This document shows, in pieces, positions 36,580-48,598 of a DNA stretch of 64,000 bases; within the stretch, counting starts at the first letter, position 1, and each line of letters starts with the position of its first letter. The position numbers were made by a program, and so were the translations under genes. The notes under the pieces are model-generated. The model worked only from the letters and a program-made list of their open reading frames with translations, made no database searches and had not been told where the DNA came from. Origin of the DNA: Squalus acanthias (taxonomy: Eukaryota); contig CM059432.1 of the NCBI GenBank assembly GCA_030390025.1, positions 92,630,001-92,694,000 of the forward strand, written 5' to 3'.

Positions 36580-36984
36580 TTTACAATCAATGAAGTACTT
36601 TTTGAAGTGTAGTCACTGTTGTAATGTAGGAAACACGGCAGCCAATTTATGCACAGCAAGCTCCCACAAACAGCAATGTGATAATGACGAGACAATCTGT
36701 TTTAGTGATGTTGGTTGAGGGATAAATATTGGCTGGGACACCGGGGATAACTCCCCTGTTCTTCTTCAAAATGGTGCCATGGGATCTTTTATGTCCACCC
36801 AAGAGGGCAGACAGGGCCTCAATTTAATGTCTCATCCGAAAGACAGCACCTCCGACAGTGCACCAGTCCCTTGGTATGGCACTGGAATGTCAGCCTGGAT
36901 TATGAGCTCAAGTCCGTGTCGTGGGGCTTGAGCCCACAAACGTCTACTCGGAGGTGGGAGTGCTACCCAGAGGCACGGCTGACA
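36580..36984 (-). mobile_element. tRNA-head Deu-domain SINE
   Basis: Reverse-complement copy of 48599-49100. Confidence 0.8.
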
Positions 36985-37149
36985 CGGACATCATGAAATG
37001 TGTACTGTACTATATTAATTTGGAACAAATGAGAATAAATCAATTTACAAAATTAAGTTAAAGTAAAAATTTTTCACTTTAAGTGGAATCACTTGCTAAA
37101 TAGAAGTTCAATTTCTCGCAGTAGCTCACTGCAAAACAAATACCATATG

Positions 37150-37500
37150 ATGTGCTACTGAGCCGTACAGATCAGGAAGATCACTAGGTTTGATTCCTGG
37201 TCTGTGTTCAGTTAGCTAAAGCTCAGTTTAGGGGACCACAGTTGGCCTCATTGTACCGGTTATGGGAGATGGGAAAATATTAGCCAGAACACCCACTTTC
37301 AATTGCTTATCTGGGGACCCCTGCTGGAAAGTATCAGCGCAATTGTCAGGTGAGGAAAGGATCAGGTTCAGCTGAGGTGGTTGAGTAGCCTGCCAATACT
37401 AGCTGTCCAGTCTACACAAAGAACAAAATACCAGGGGACTGTGTCACCCATAGCTCAGTAAATTCAGGAAAGGGCAGAAAGGGGAAGAAAATTGGAAAAG
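37150..37500 (+). mobile_element. Old tRNA-head SINE-like repeat
   Basis: B-box-like GGTTTGATTCC followed by TGTGTTCAGTTAGCT; similar to 15360-15720. Confidence 0.45.
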
Positions 37501-37750
37501 AATAAAGTGCAAGAATTTGGTCAATGACACAGAGGTGTTGAAATTGTTTCAATTTTATTCATAAGGCCTGGATGTTAGAACAAAAGAATAAGAGCTTCCC
37601 TGCAATCTAAGAGAAAGCAGCATGTTTATTTCCTTCTATAAAGTACATATACAGTCTATAAAGTGTATATAAACACATTAAAAGCTGAGCAGGTTACTGT
37701 TGTTTTCATCTAATTTTTAATTATTCTGTGAAAGTTAAAGACCAAAAGTG

Positions 37751-38175
37751 GGCAACTGGGTGGCGTAGTGGGTTAGACACTGGCCTTTCACCTCTGGAAA
37801 CTGGGTCACAACCATCCAAGAATGACAGGACGAAAGTCTCCTCTGTCTGATGTCTGTAATGAGGACATGAAATGAGTCCAGTCTCAATCCAGTCCCTACA
37901 ACACAAAATTGCGTCTAATTCAGCACCAATTGGCAATGTCACTCATACAGGCCTAAGGATAGCTGACATGAGAACCAGAAAAAATATCATACTGGTGCAG
38001 TCAGGGTACTCTTTCGAGGTTGTGGCTAAAGCACATTATTAGAGCAGTGTAGAAAGAATTTTACTGCGCAATTAGCTGTGCTTTAACTGAACTGGGAGTG
38101 CTTGATGTGGATACTGGGTACCTGAAATTAAAAATATTCCATTCTCCAACACGGACATCCCTCACCTTGATGAGC
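37751..38175 (+). mobile_element. LF-SINE-like element
   Basis: tRNA head (TGGCGTAGTGG...GGCCTTTCACCTCTGG), then GAAAGTC, TGAAATGAGT, GTCTCAATCCAGTCCCTA and ATTGGCA blocks in the order recalled for LF-SINE. Confidence 0.6.
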
Positions 38176-39219
38176 ACAAAAAACAAAAGCTTCACTCCTT
38201 CTGGAAGATGCAGAACTTTAAAATCTAAGTTTCATGCAAATGTCTTTAGATTTAAAGCACTCTCAGTGTAACCATTCTCATTAGCATCTGTGCCGGGGTC
38301 AAAAGACACGATCACATCAGAATATCACTGCAGGCAAACATGATCAAGAGATGACATACAACTGCAGCTAAACTATACCCAATTAGTCTACTTTCACACT
38401 GCCTTTGGAAAAAAAAGTCTCTCCATGTGTTAAACAGTGCACTTAAATAAAATCACATGGTAGTTCAAGTCCATTTGATCTTATCCTTAAAAGGCCACAA
38501 TCGCTCTACAAACAGATCAGGTACATAAAACAGTGCTAGTTGATGTCATGATAGCAAATCAATTTTATTTTTTTAATTAAGCAAATTGGCATCTTTAGGC
38601 TGCGAGAATGTTAATGAATCCACAGCCAGAGCTCCATCTACTTGTGCTAAACTTTGTTTGAGGTAATGTTATACTAGAATAGGGGTGGATGCCTTCCAGC
38701 AGTGAGCAGGGTGGATCAGCAGTCAGCAACCAAGCCAATACCACCACTCTCAGCCAGAATAGCCCGTCATTATCCTGTCCCAGGTGAGCAGGCCACATTG
38801 GTCTTTGTTCAACACCGAAAGAACTCAGTAGAGTGGAGACTCAAACCTGTCTCTCACCATTTTATAACGATGCGTGTTTGTGTTCCAATATGCAATACCA
38901 CATACTCTACTGTTTACTTTGTTAGTATGTTGAATGTTTAAAAGAATGTTGTAATTTATTCATACAAAATATTGTTGGTGTAAGGTATAGATTACCTTAT
39001 AATGCAATCTTCATTACATTGTTTAGTCCATGAGATAAAAACTTAAAAGCTTTCTGTATGTAATGAAATTACTAGTATCCACATTAAAATTATATACCTC
39101 CCCAATTATCCTTCTGAATTTTTATGCAACAAATCCTTGCACAGGATGTAGCCTCAGTCCACAGCCCACTAACATTTATTTTCTTGGTGAATAAAACTAC
39201 AAATAACAAAAGAAACATT

Positions 39220-39960
39220 ATGCATTGTATTTGCAGGAAAAACACAGCTCATGCCAAGTAGGACAAAAAAGGGACACCGAAATGCTGGGGAGAGGCCAAA
39301 AGCTTTTAAAAAAGAGAGGGAGGTGTCGAGGCAGAGGGCTGCAGAGGGTAGACGTACTGTGGCTGACGGCCACTCATGGAGACACAGAGGCAGTGGGAAA
39401 CGAGAAGTGGAGTGTAGTCAGAGAATGGAGGATGCTTGTGGGGACCTATGCTGGAGGAGTTCCTAAGTTAGGGAGGCACAGGGCCATCCAGGGATTTCAA
39501 AATGAGACAAGGATCTTAAAAGTCATTATGCTGCGGCACAGGAAGACTGTGGAGCTTGGCAAGGACAAGGCTGACGAGAGAGGAGGCCATGATATTCAAA
39601 ATAAATTGCAGTTTGTGGAGATTAGAGGTATGGAGGCTGGCTAGAGCATTTGAGACAATGAGCTTCAAGGTAGTAAAGGCACTGGGGGAAAAGATGGAGG
39701 AGCACATGGGTGATGTTAGAGGTGCAAGCAAGTGGTTTTGGTAACTGAACAATGTGGGGAAAAATGCTCCAGTCAAAGTTGAGCAGTATGCTCAGGTTCC
39801 ACAGCTCTGCATTCAGTGGCATTTGAGATCAGATCAGTGGTGTCAAGGCCAGACGCATGCAAGTGCTGGCAGGGGGCAAAGAAATTGGCTTCAGATTTAC
39901 TAGCATTTTGCTGAAGCAAATTATTACACATATAGCTCATCTCAATGTTAGACAGGCATA
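39220..39960 (-). mobile_element. Old L2 relic, continuing at ~41290-41590 after the RTE insertion
   Basis: Minus strand gives SNALASLHTSNLHKLQFILN, similar to L2 ORF2. Confidence 0.55.
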
Positions 39961-39978
39961 ACAGCCTAGGGATTATGG

Positions 39979-41285
39979 GGTGTCCTCCTCAAATTCGGCT
40001 GCCCTCAAAAGTTTGTCACCATCCTCCGCCTGCTTCACGACGACATGCAAGCCGTGATCCTGACCAACGGTTCCACCACAGACCCAATTCACGTACGGAC
40101 CGGGGTCAAGCAAGGCTGTGTCATCGCACCAACGCTCTTCTCGATCTTCCTTGCTGCAATGCTCCATCTCACCCTCAGTAAGCTCCCTGCTGGAGTGGAG
40201 CTAATTTACAGAACAAACGGGAAACTGTTCAACCTCCGTTGCCTCCAGTCCAGATCCAAGATCGTCCCATCCTGTCGTCGAATTACAGTATGCAGACGAC
40301 GCTTGCGTCTGCGCTCACTCGGAGGTCGAACTCCAAACCATCGTCAACACTGTCACCGAAGTGTACGAGAGCATGGGCCTCACACTAAACATCCGTAAGA
40401 CAAAGGTCCTCTACCAACCTGCCCCCGCCACACAGTACTGCCCGCCGATTATCAAAATCCACAACAAGGCCTTGGACAACGTGGACCACTTTCCATACCT
40501 CGGGAGCCTACAGTCAACAAGGGCAGATGTCGATGACGAAGGCCAACACCGCCTTCAGTGTGCCAGTGCAGCCTTCGGTCGTCTGAGGAAGAGAGTGTTT
40601 GAAGATCAGGACCTCAAACCCAGCACCAAGCTCATGGTCTACAGAGCAGCAGTGATACCCGCCCTGCTGTATGCTTCAGAGACATGGACCATGTACAGCA
40701 GGCACCTCAAAGCACTGGAGAGGTACCACCAACGCTGCCTCCGCAAGATCCTGCAAATCCACTGGCAGGATAGGCGCACCAATGTCAGTGTTCTCGCTCA
40801 GGTCAACATCCCCAGCATCGAAACTTTGACCATGCTCGACCAGCTCCGATGGACGGGTCACATCGCCCGCATGCCCGATACGAGACTCCCAAAACAAGCG
40901 CTCTACTCGGAGCTCCGACACGGCAAGAGAGCCCCAGGTGGGCAGAGGAAACGCTTCAAGGACACCCTCAAAGCCTCCTTGAAAATGTGCAACATCCCCA
41001 CTGACACCTGGGAATCCCTGGCCCAAGACCACACAAAGTGGAGGAGAAGCATCCGGGAAGGCGCTGAACACCTCAAGTCTCTTCACCGGGAGCAAGCGGA
41101 AGTCAAGCGCAAGGAGCGCACGTCAACTCAAGCACCCCATCCACCCGCCCCTTCAACCACCGTCTGCCCCACCTATGATAGAGACTGTAGGTGGCGCATT
41201 GGACTCATCAGTCACCTGAGAACTCATTTTTAATGTGGAAGCAAGTCATCCTCGGTTCCGAGGGACTGCTTAAGAAGGAGGAGAA
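39979..41285 (+). mobile_element. RTE-clade LINE, 5'-truncated; RT C-terminal part open at 40361-41233
   Basis: GVKQGCVIAPTLF, frameshifted YADD, FPYLGS, LLYASETW, QLRWTGH, GGQRKRFKD and C-terminal RIGLISHLRTH. Confidence 0.9.
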
Positions 41286-41784
41286 TTGATGAGAAAGGCA
41301 AAGTTTGTCCATTGTTGGAATACGGATGGAAGCTGACCCTGTGCTTCCAGATGAGATGACCAATGGGTAGTACAAATAGAGGGAAAAGGAGAAAACCAAA
41401 GCAGCACCCTCGGGGTACACTAAAGATGACTATATGAAAATGGCAGCAGAAACTGTTGGAGGACTTTGTTGTGACAGCTATGAGTAAAGCCAGGAGACTG
41501 TAAGTCTACTTTGTGGCACTGCTGTGGAGAGATGTTTGAGGAAGACGGAGTGGTCAACAGTGTTGAAGATGGCATGAAGGTGAAGGAGGAGATAAAATGT
41601 GATAAATACCAACTTTTAGTTCCTACAGTTTAGCAGATTTTGAGGGGATTAAAAAAAAGTAAAGAAGTCTAGAGAGAGGAGAGAGAAAGACAAAAAAGGC
41701 GAGAGAGAGGAGTGATTAATATTTTAATTCTCCTTTTATACTACACTGAAGGGTGCAGTAGATTGGTTTTGTTTTTATGGTGAA

Positions 41785-41970
41785 AACTCTCTGCCTCTCT
41801 CTCCTCCTTCCAAGATGTTCCTTACAATCTACCTCTTTGACCAAGCTTTTTGTCACCTGTTACAATACCTCATGTGGCTCGGTAAAAAATGTTGTTTCAT
41901 AACACTCCTGTGAAGCACCTTGGGGCATTTCACTATGTTAATGGTGCTATATAAATGCAAGTTGTTGTTG
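41785..41970 (+). mobile_element. L2 3' end
   Basis: ACCTCTTTGACCAAGCTTTT...GCTATATAAATGCAAG(TTG)n. Confidence 0.75.
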
Positions 41971-42294
41971 ATTCAAACAGGAGCCATGTTTTTGCTTCTT
42001 TCTTGCATTATGAAGTTGGTCAAGCTCAAACATATGTAGAGAGCACATGTGTTCCTCCCATAGTTAGCACGAGATGTGATCCAACTGTGAGAACAGCAAC
42101 TGCAAGAACATCAGTGGCTCAGATAGTCACATTTAAAGTTACAGGGCACCAATCTCTTAAGCTGCATGAGGCCAACTGAGTGAAACACTGACAGTGAGTT
42201 TTTGCTGAGAAAGGTTTGGCACCGAGACAGATTAGGTCTGAATCTTCAAGGCCATAAGTGACAATCAGTTGTAATCAGTTAATTATGTCTAGCA

Positions 42295-42474
42295 TAACAA
42301 AAACAGATTATCTGGTCATTATCACATTGCTGTTTGTGGGACCTTGCTGTGCACAAATTGGCTGCTGAGTTTTCCACATTACAACAGTGACTCCACTTCA
42401 AAAGTACTTCATTGGCTGTAAAGCGCTTGAGACGTCCGGTGGTCGTGAAAGGCGCTATATAAATGCAAGTCTTT
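42295..42474 (+). mobile_element. 3' half of the Deu-domain SINE
   Basis: Near-identical to 48915-49097. Confidence 0.8.
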
Positions 42475-42521
42475 CATTCGATAGCATAGAAGTTACGGTT
42501 ATCAAATAGGCAGGATCTGGA

Positions 42522-42713
42522 ATAAAAACAGAAAATGCTGTAAATACTCAGCAGGTCAGGCAGCATCTGTAACTTTTTCCAGTTCTGACGAAAGGTCATC
42601 GACCTGAAACGGTAACTGTTTCTCTCTCCACAGATGCTGCCTGACCTGCTGAGTATTTCCAGCATTTTCTGTTTTTATTTCGGATTTCCAGCATCCGCTG
42701 TCTTTTGCTTTTG
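42522..42713 (+). mobile_element. Penelope-like fold-back insertion with hammerhead-like core (42581-42617)
   Basis: 15-bp TSD TAGGCAGGATCTGGA (42507-42521, 42714-42728); 50-bp inverted arms at 42521-42570 and 42630-42679 with one mismatch. Confidence 0.75.
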
Positions 42714-42729
42714 TAGGCAGGATCTGGAG

Positions 42730-43640
42730 CTAAGCTATTGGTGTGTGGCATGCATGATGTGGGATCCTGGATCTGCAAGAGTAGTACACACACATAAATT
42801 GTCAGAGTTGTGTTTCTGAAGCAGAGGAGCGCTGCACTCAGGGACTAGTTGGCTACACTCCACAGCATACATAGGGAGGAAATATTTCTGGAAGATACAT
42901 TCCAGAAGGTGGTCACCCCACATAAAGGAACAGTGAAGCACATGAAGAGAAGCAAGAGTCAGGCTTCAGAACAGGAGCTACCAAAATTCTCTGTGTCTAA
43001 CTGGTTCAATAGGTACACAGTTCTCAATGCCTATGAAGAAGACAAGGACAGCTAAACAGGAGAGTGCAATGAAGAGTAACAACACAGTACCACTGGTTTA
43101 CCCATAGAGAAAATGGAGACAATATCCATGAGAGCAGAGCCGAATTAGGTTCACATTGAAATAGATAAACAAAATGAAGAATCAAAGATAAAGAACTGGA
43201 AGGTAGGTAATTTCAGGAAAGAAAACTTTCCTTTGGTTAGAAAAATAGCAGATCAAACAACAGACCAGCCGCAGGAGATAATTAAATATGAGATGGATAA
43301 ACTGCAGGTTAAATACATTCTGACTAGAAGTAAAGGATGTGCATTAAAGCATGGAGGTTCGCAAACAAATAGAAAGGTTAGAGAAAAAGTGAAGTTTTAA
43401 AAAATAAGTATAGGGGGCATAATACAGAAGAAAACAGAAAAATATACAAAGTATACAAGGGAAACAGAAAGGGAAGTTAGGAAAGCTGAAGAAGTATGAA
43501 ATTAGTCAAAGGAAATTGCAAGGACTTTCATAAGCACATAGGTCAAAAAAGCAGGAGGACCATTTAGAAATGAAATGGGCTATTCTGTAATTGAGTGTAA
43601 GGGAATTGCAAAGATGCTTAAGCATTTTACGGGTTACCAG
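42730..43640 (+). mobile_element. Decayed CR1 (ORF1 start and ORF2 remnants)
   Basis: CVACMMWD and VSNWFNRYTVL resemble CR1 ORF1; AACTGGAAGGTAGGTAATTTC (NWKxxNF) resembles ORF2. Confidence 0.5.
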
Positions 43641-44774
43641 CAGACCAGCCATATTAAAACAATAACTACAAGAGCAGGGCAGAGGCTGGTTACTCTGCGA
43701 CAACTAGCTCCCCTCCTGACATAAGAAATAGGAGCAGGAGTCGGCCATTCGCCCCCTCGAGCCTGCTCCGCCATTCAATAAGATCATGGCTGATCTGATC
43801 TTGGCCTCAACTCCACTTCTCTGCCTGTTCCCCAAAACCCTCGACTCCCCTGTAGTTCAAAAATCTGTCTAGCTCAGCCTTGAATATATTCAATGACTCA
43901 GCCTCCACAGCTCTCTGGGGTAGAGAATTCCAAAGATAAACGACCCTCTGAGAAGAAATTCCTCATCTCCGTCTTAAATGGGTGCCCCCTTATTCTGAAA
44001 CTATGCCCCCTAGTTCTAGATTCCCCCACGAGGGGAAACATCCTCTCAGCATCTACCCTGTCAAGCCCCCTCAGAATTTTATATGTTTCAATAAGATCAC
44101 CTCTCATTCTTCTAAACTTCAATGAGTATCGGCCCAACCTGCTCAATCTTTCCTCATAAGACAACCCCTTCATCCCAGGAATCAACCTAGTGAACCTCTC
44201 TGAACTGCCTCCAATGCAAGTATATCCCTCCTTAAATAAGGAGACCAAAACTGTACGCAGTACTCCAGGTGTGGACTCACCAATTGTAGCAAGACTTCCC
44301 TACTTTTATACTCCATCCCCCTTGCAATAAAGGCCAACATTCCATTTGCCTTCCTAATTACTTGCTGTACCTGCATGCTAACTTTTTGTGTTTCATGTAC
44401 GAGAACACCCAGATCCCTCTCTACCGCAGCATTCTGTAGTCTCTCTCCATTTAAATAATATTTTGCTTTTCTATTCTTCCTACCAAAGTGCATAATCTTG
44501 CATATTCCCCACATTATACTCCATCTGCCAAATTTTTGCCCACTCACTTAACCTATCTATATCCCTTTGCAGACTCTGTGTCCTCCTCACAACTTGCTTT
44601 CCCACCTATCTTTGAATCGTTAGCAAATTTGTCTACAGTACACTCGGTCCCTTCATCCAAGTCATTAATAGAAATTGTAAATAGTTGAGGCCCCAGCACT
44701 GATCCCTGTGGCACCCCACTAGTTAGTTTGCCAACCTGAAAATGACCCATTTATCCTGACTCTGTTTTCTATTA

Positions 44775-45086
44775 AAATGAGAAGTCGCACAACACCAGGT
44801 TATAGTCCAACAATTTTATTTGAAATCACGCGCTTTCGGAGCGCTGCTCCTTCGTCAGGTAAAGTGAGGGAATACAAATCAGATACAAAGCATATATAGA
44901 CAGATATATATAGTTCTTTGTCTATATATGCTTTGTATCTGATTTGTATTCCCTCACTTTACCTGACGAAGGAGCAGCGCTCCGAAAGCTCGTGATTTCA
45001 AATAAAACGGTTGGACTATAACCTGGTGTTGCTCTTTTTGGTCCCATTTTTGTCCACCCCAGTCCAACACCGGCATCTCCGCATCA
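44775..45086 (+). mobile_element. Penelope-like palindromic insertion (113-bp arms) with hammerhead-like cores
   Basis: 12-bp TSD TGTTTTCTATTA (44763-44774, 45087-45098); arms 44790-44902 and 44919-45031 with 3 mismatches and a 16-nt spacer. Confidence 0.8.
44959..44995 (+). ncRNA. Putative minimal type I hammerhead ribozyme
   Basis: TTAC-CTGACGA-A-GGAGC(AGC)GCTCC-GAAA-GCTC-GTGA: CUGANGA/GAAA/UH core, 5-bp stem II, palindromic AGCT in place of stem III. Confidence 0.6.
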
Positions 45087-45971
45087 TGTTTTCTATTAGT
45101 TAGCCAATCCTCTATCCATGCTAATATATTATCCCCAACACCATGAGCTCTTATCTTGTGCAGTAACCTTTTATGTGGCAGCTTATCGAATGCCTTCTGA
45201 AAATCCAAATACACCACATCTACTGGTTCCCCTTTATCCATCCTGCTCGTTACATCCTCAAAGAACTCTAATAAATTTGTCAAACACGATTTCCCTTTCA
45301 TAACAAAACCATGTTGACTCTGCTTGATTGTATGATTTTCTAAATGTCCTGCTACTACTTCCTTAATAATGGATTCCAGCATTTTCCCAATGACAGGTGT
45401 TAGGCTAACTGGCCTATAGTTTCCTGCTTTCTGTCTCCCTCCTTTCTTGAATATAGGTGTTACATTTGCGGTTTTCCAATCCGCTGGGACTTTTCCAGAG
45501 TCTAGGGAATTTTGGAAGATCACAACCAATGCAACCACTATCTCTGCAGCCACTTCTTTTAAGACCCTAGGATGCAGGCCATCATGTCCAGGGGACTTGT
45601 CAGCCTTTAGTCCGATTAGTTTGCCTAGTACTTTTTCTCCAGTGATAGTTTTAAGATCCTCCCTCCCTTTAGCGCCTTGATTTTCTACTTTATTGTTGGG
45701 ATACTTTTAGTGTCTTCTACTATGAAGACAGATACAAAATATTTGTTCAAAGTCTCACCACTTCCTTGTATCCCATTATTAATTCCCCAGTCATAGCCTC
45801 AAGTGAGGAATGTGAGGAAAGATTCACCACTTCTCTGGGTAGTGCTCCTGGGGGGGGGGAGGGAGGGGAGAGAAAGAAAAGTCGCCGCTGTGGCGCAGGG
45901 GGGGGGGGGGGGGGGGGGGGTAAAGGCCGCTAAGGGGAGGGAAAGGCAGCTGTCTGAGGGGGGGGGGGGGG

Positions 45972-46473
45972 NNNNNNNNNNNNNNNNNNNNNNNNNNNNN
46001 NNNNNNNNNNNNNNNNNNNNNNNNNNNNNNNNNNNNNNNNNNNNNNNNNNNNNNNNNNNNNNNNNNNNNNNNNNNNNNNNNNNNNNNNNNNNNNNNNNNN
46101 NNNNNNNNNNNNNNNNNNNNNNNNNNNNNNNNNNNNNNNNNNNNNNNNNNNNNNNNNNNNNNNNNNNNNNNNNNNNNNNNNNNNNNNNNNNNNNNNNNNN
46201 NNNNNNNNNNNNNNNNNNNNNNNNNNNNNNNNNNNNNNNNNNNNNNNNNNNNNNNNNNNNNNNNNNNNNNNNNNNNNNNNNNNNNNNNNNNNNNNNNNNN
46301 NNNNNNNNNNNNNNNNNNNNNNNNNNNNNNNNNNNNNNNNNNNNNNNNNNNNNNNNNNNNNNNNNNNNNNNNNNNNNNNNNNNNNNNNNNNNNNNNNNNN
46401 NNNNNNNNNNNNNNNNNNNNNNNNNNNNNNNNNNNNNNNNNNNNNNNNNNNNNNNNNNNNNNNNNNNNNNNNN
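45972..46473. other. Assembly gap flanked by poly-G tracts
   Basis: About 500 N bases. Confidence 0.99.
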
Positions 46474-46519
46474 GGGGGGGGGGGGGGGGGGGGGGGGGTT
46501 GTGGAAGCCACGGGGGGGG

Positions 46520-47080
46520 GGGGGGTGATGACGCCCCACACTCACTCACTCACCTTCCTACCGCCCAGGCTCTCCGGCTCTGTCCGTCGCTGCAGGTCCG
46601 AGTGCAGCTCGTAAGCGACCGCGAAGCCGCTCCGCTTCTCGCCGTCCGATGAGTAGGGCCTGGCGCGGAGACCCCGCGGGATCGGCCCTGGGCCCCGACT
46701 CGCCGCCTGTCTCAGCGCTGCTCCGAGGCCGCCGCTCCACGCCGCCGCCATCTTCCCGGCCGGCCCCCGCCACCGAGGAGCAGCAAGCGCCGAGAGTTCA
46801 CCCTCCGGTGGGGGGCGGATCCGACCTCCGCGTACAGCGCCGCCCGCAGGATCCGCTACAGCTCAGGGTTCGGCCACTTGGTATCTCGGGGCCGAGTAGA
46901 AGTGAAGCGGCTCCAGTCGGCAGGGCTGGTTGTTGGCTGCAGCGGTTTCACCTCTTTGTATCCCGCGGGGCCCGAGGCTCTGTCCTGTTGCAGTGTCCGT
47001 CCTTCGCCCCATTCTCGGCTACTTTGAGGCCTGCAGGCTGCTCTTTGCCAGTGGCAAACCGGACGTTTCCTTTGTAACGT
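46520..47080 (-). promoter_or_regulatory. CpG-island promoter of MRPS28
   Basis: Dense CpG; YY1 motif AAGATGGCGG over the ATG (46745-46754); GC box GGGGCGG near 46812. Confidence 0.8.
46554..46751 (-). CDS. MRPS28: MRPS28 coding exon 1 (mitochondrial ribosomal protein bS1m), 66 codons, phase-0 donor
   Basis: MAAAWSGGLGAALRQAASRG...RARPYSS is an Arg-rich targeting peptide; SGFAVAYELHSDLQ matches human GGFASALERHSELLQ; AAG|GTGAGT donor; CpG island; downstream of TPD52 as in human. Confidence 0.85.
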
Positions 47081-48149
47081 GCTCACAGCGAGTATAAAGT
47101 ATTTGCTGAGTGGCTCACTTATCAAATATATTACAATTGCTGTGAGGACTTTAATGAATAACCTGCCGGTTTACCATCGGCAAACAGCAGCCAGCAGGTC
47201 CGGGGAAAGGAGAGACAAGATCAGGATGAGGGGCTGGAGAGGGTGGCACATGGGGAAGAAGATCACATCACATGAGAGCTGTAGATAAAACAAGGGCAAA
47301 GACAAAGCCACAGGATGTGAAGAGGGGCACAAGCAAAAGGCAGTGGAGAAGAACAAGAATGGTGATGCCGGTAGAGATGGAAGGCAGTATGAAAGCAGAA
47401 GCGGAGAAGAGAGAAAGCGAGAGAAACTGTGAGGCAATAGTGAGGGGAGGGGCGAAGAAAAAGGCAAGGTTGAGGACACAGGAGGCAAGTGAAAGAGTGA
47501 GGTGGGAGGCAAGGTGAAAGGGTCAGGGAATGAAGAGGAAGGAGAACATGATAGAAAAGGGAAAGCAAGAGTTGAAAGGGCACTAAAGAGATGAGGGGCC
47601 CATGGTAATGTGCAGCAGGGGCAAACAGTAACTGAAAATAGGATGCCACACTACACGGTGAGGAGGTAGTATATTAAGGGAGAGAGAAATTAAGGCTCAG
47701 GGAGATAGAGATGTTCAGACTAGAGAGAGAGAAATTCAGCTATGTAGGGACACTGGGTGAAAGAAATGTACTGCAAGAGTGTGCTTAATGTCATTTCCAT
47801 TCAGTGGCTGCAAGTTTAGATGAGTGTGTGGTGTGATTGTTGGCCATTAATGTATTGGTTCAATAATAAGTTTAAATGATGTACAGTTGTCGCTTGGAAA
47901 TGGATAGGACGTTGAGGAAATGGCGTGAAGAGAAATTCTGTTGCACTGCTCCCTCCTTTGCTGTTTCTGTACTGGTAATGATTCGATTTCAGCTTGACCT
48001 TTTGTTTTAGATCCAATTGCTTTTGTTGCTCAAAAAATTGGTCTGCGGATTAATAATTCCTTTTTAGTATTTCCTGACTTTCATTGTGATACCAATCATG
48101 TACCTATGACATAAGAAGGGATTACAACCTCAAAAATAAAGGAATCCAA

Positions 48150-48590
48150 CAACAACTATATGCATTTATAGCACCCCTCATGTAGAAGTCCCACATGAAC
48201 CATTTAACAAGGGGGAGAAGAGGACATCAAGCAGAGATGTGAAAGAAAGGCAGGGACTGTCAAAAGCATAGCTGTAGAGATAGGCTTTTGAAGGAAGGGA
48301 GAAGGGTAAAAAGGCAAAATGTTTTTTGTAAAGTTTCAAATGAGCAGCAGTGTAGAAAATGAAAGATTGACCTCTGCTGGTGGAGCAGGGGTGAGCATTA
48401 CTGCAGACGCAGAGGAGCAGATTTGGCAGACTCGACAAATGACTAGGGATTTTGCGCGAGTCCTGAGCAGCAAAATGAGGGTGTAAAATGGGAACAAGAT
48501 TTCTAGCAGGGGAGTTAAAGTGGACAGGACCTGGAAATGTCTGGTCTCCACCCACAAGAGGGAGAAGCCAGAGATGGAGAAGCACGAGGC
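48150..48590 (-). mobile_element. Old L2 relic
   Basis: AACAACAAC...GCATTTATAGCAC tail; minus strand KAYLYSYAF. Confidence 0.5.
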
Positions 48591-48598
48591 ATGCTCCA

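Larger units (their letters stand above)
43719..45800 (-). mobile_element. CR1 LINE, 5'-truncated, interrupted at 44775-45086
   Basis: [59 protein letters not shown]. Confidence 0.92.

Noticed and set aside
45799..46549. Long poly-Pro/Gly ORFs
   Set aside because: Artefacts of the N gap and poly-G tracts.
1..46553. MRPS28 exon 2 (expected SFASMLRHSPL...YIDFGGKFHCVC)
   Set aside because: Searched by eye for reverse-complement codons of QMGPA and FHCVC without a match. It probably lies left of the window, but a manual miss is possible.
46649..47649. ORFs upstream or antisense of MRPS28 as a divergent gene
   Set aside because: Explained by CpG-island and purine-rich low-complexity composition; no recognisable protein.
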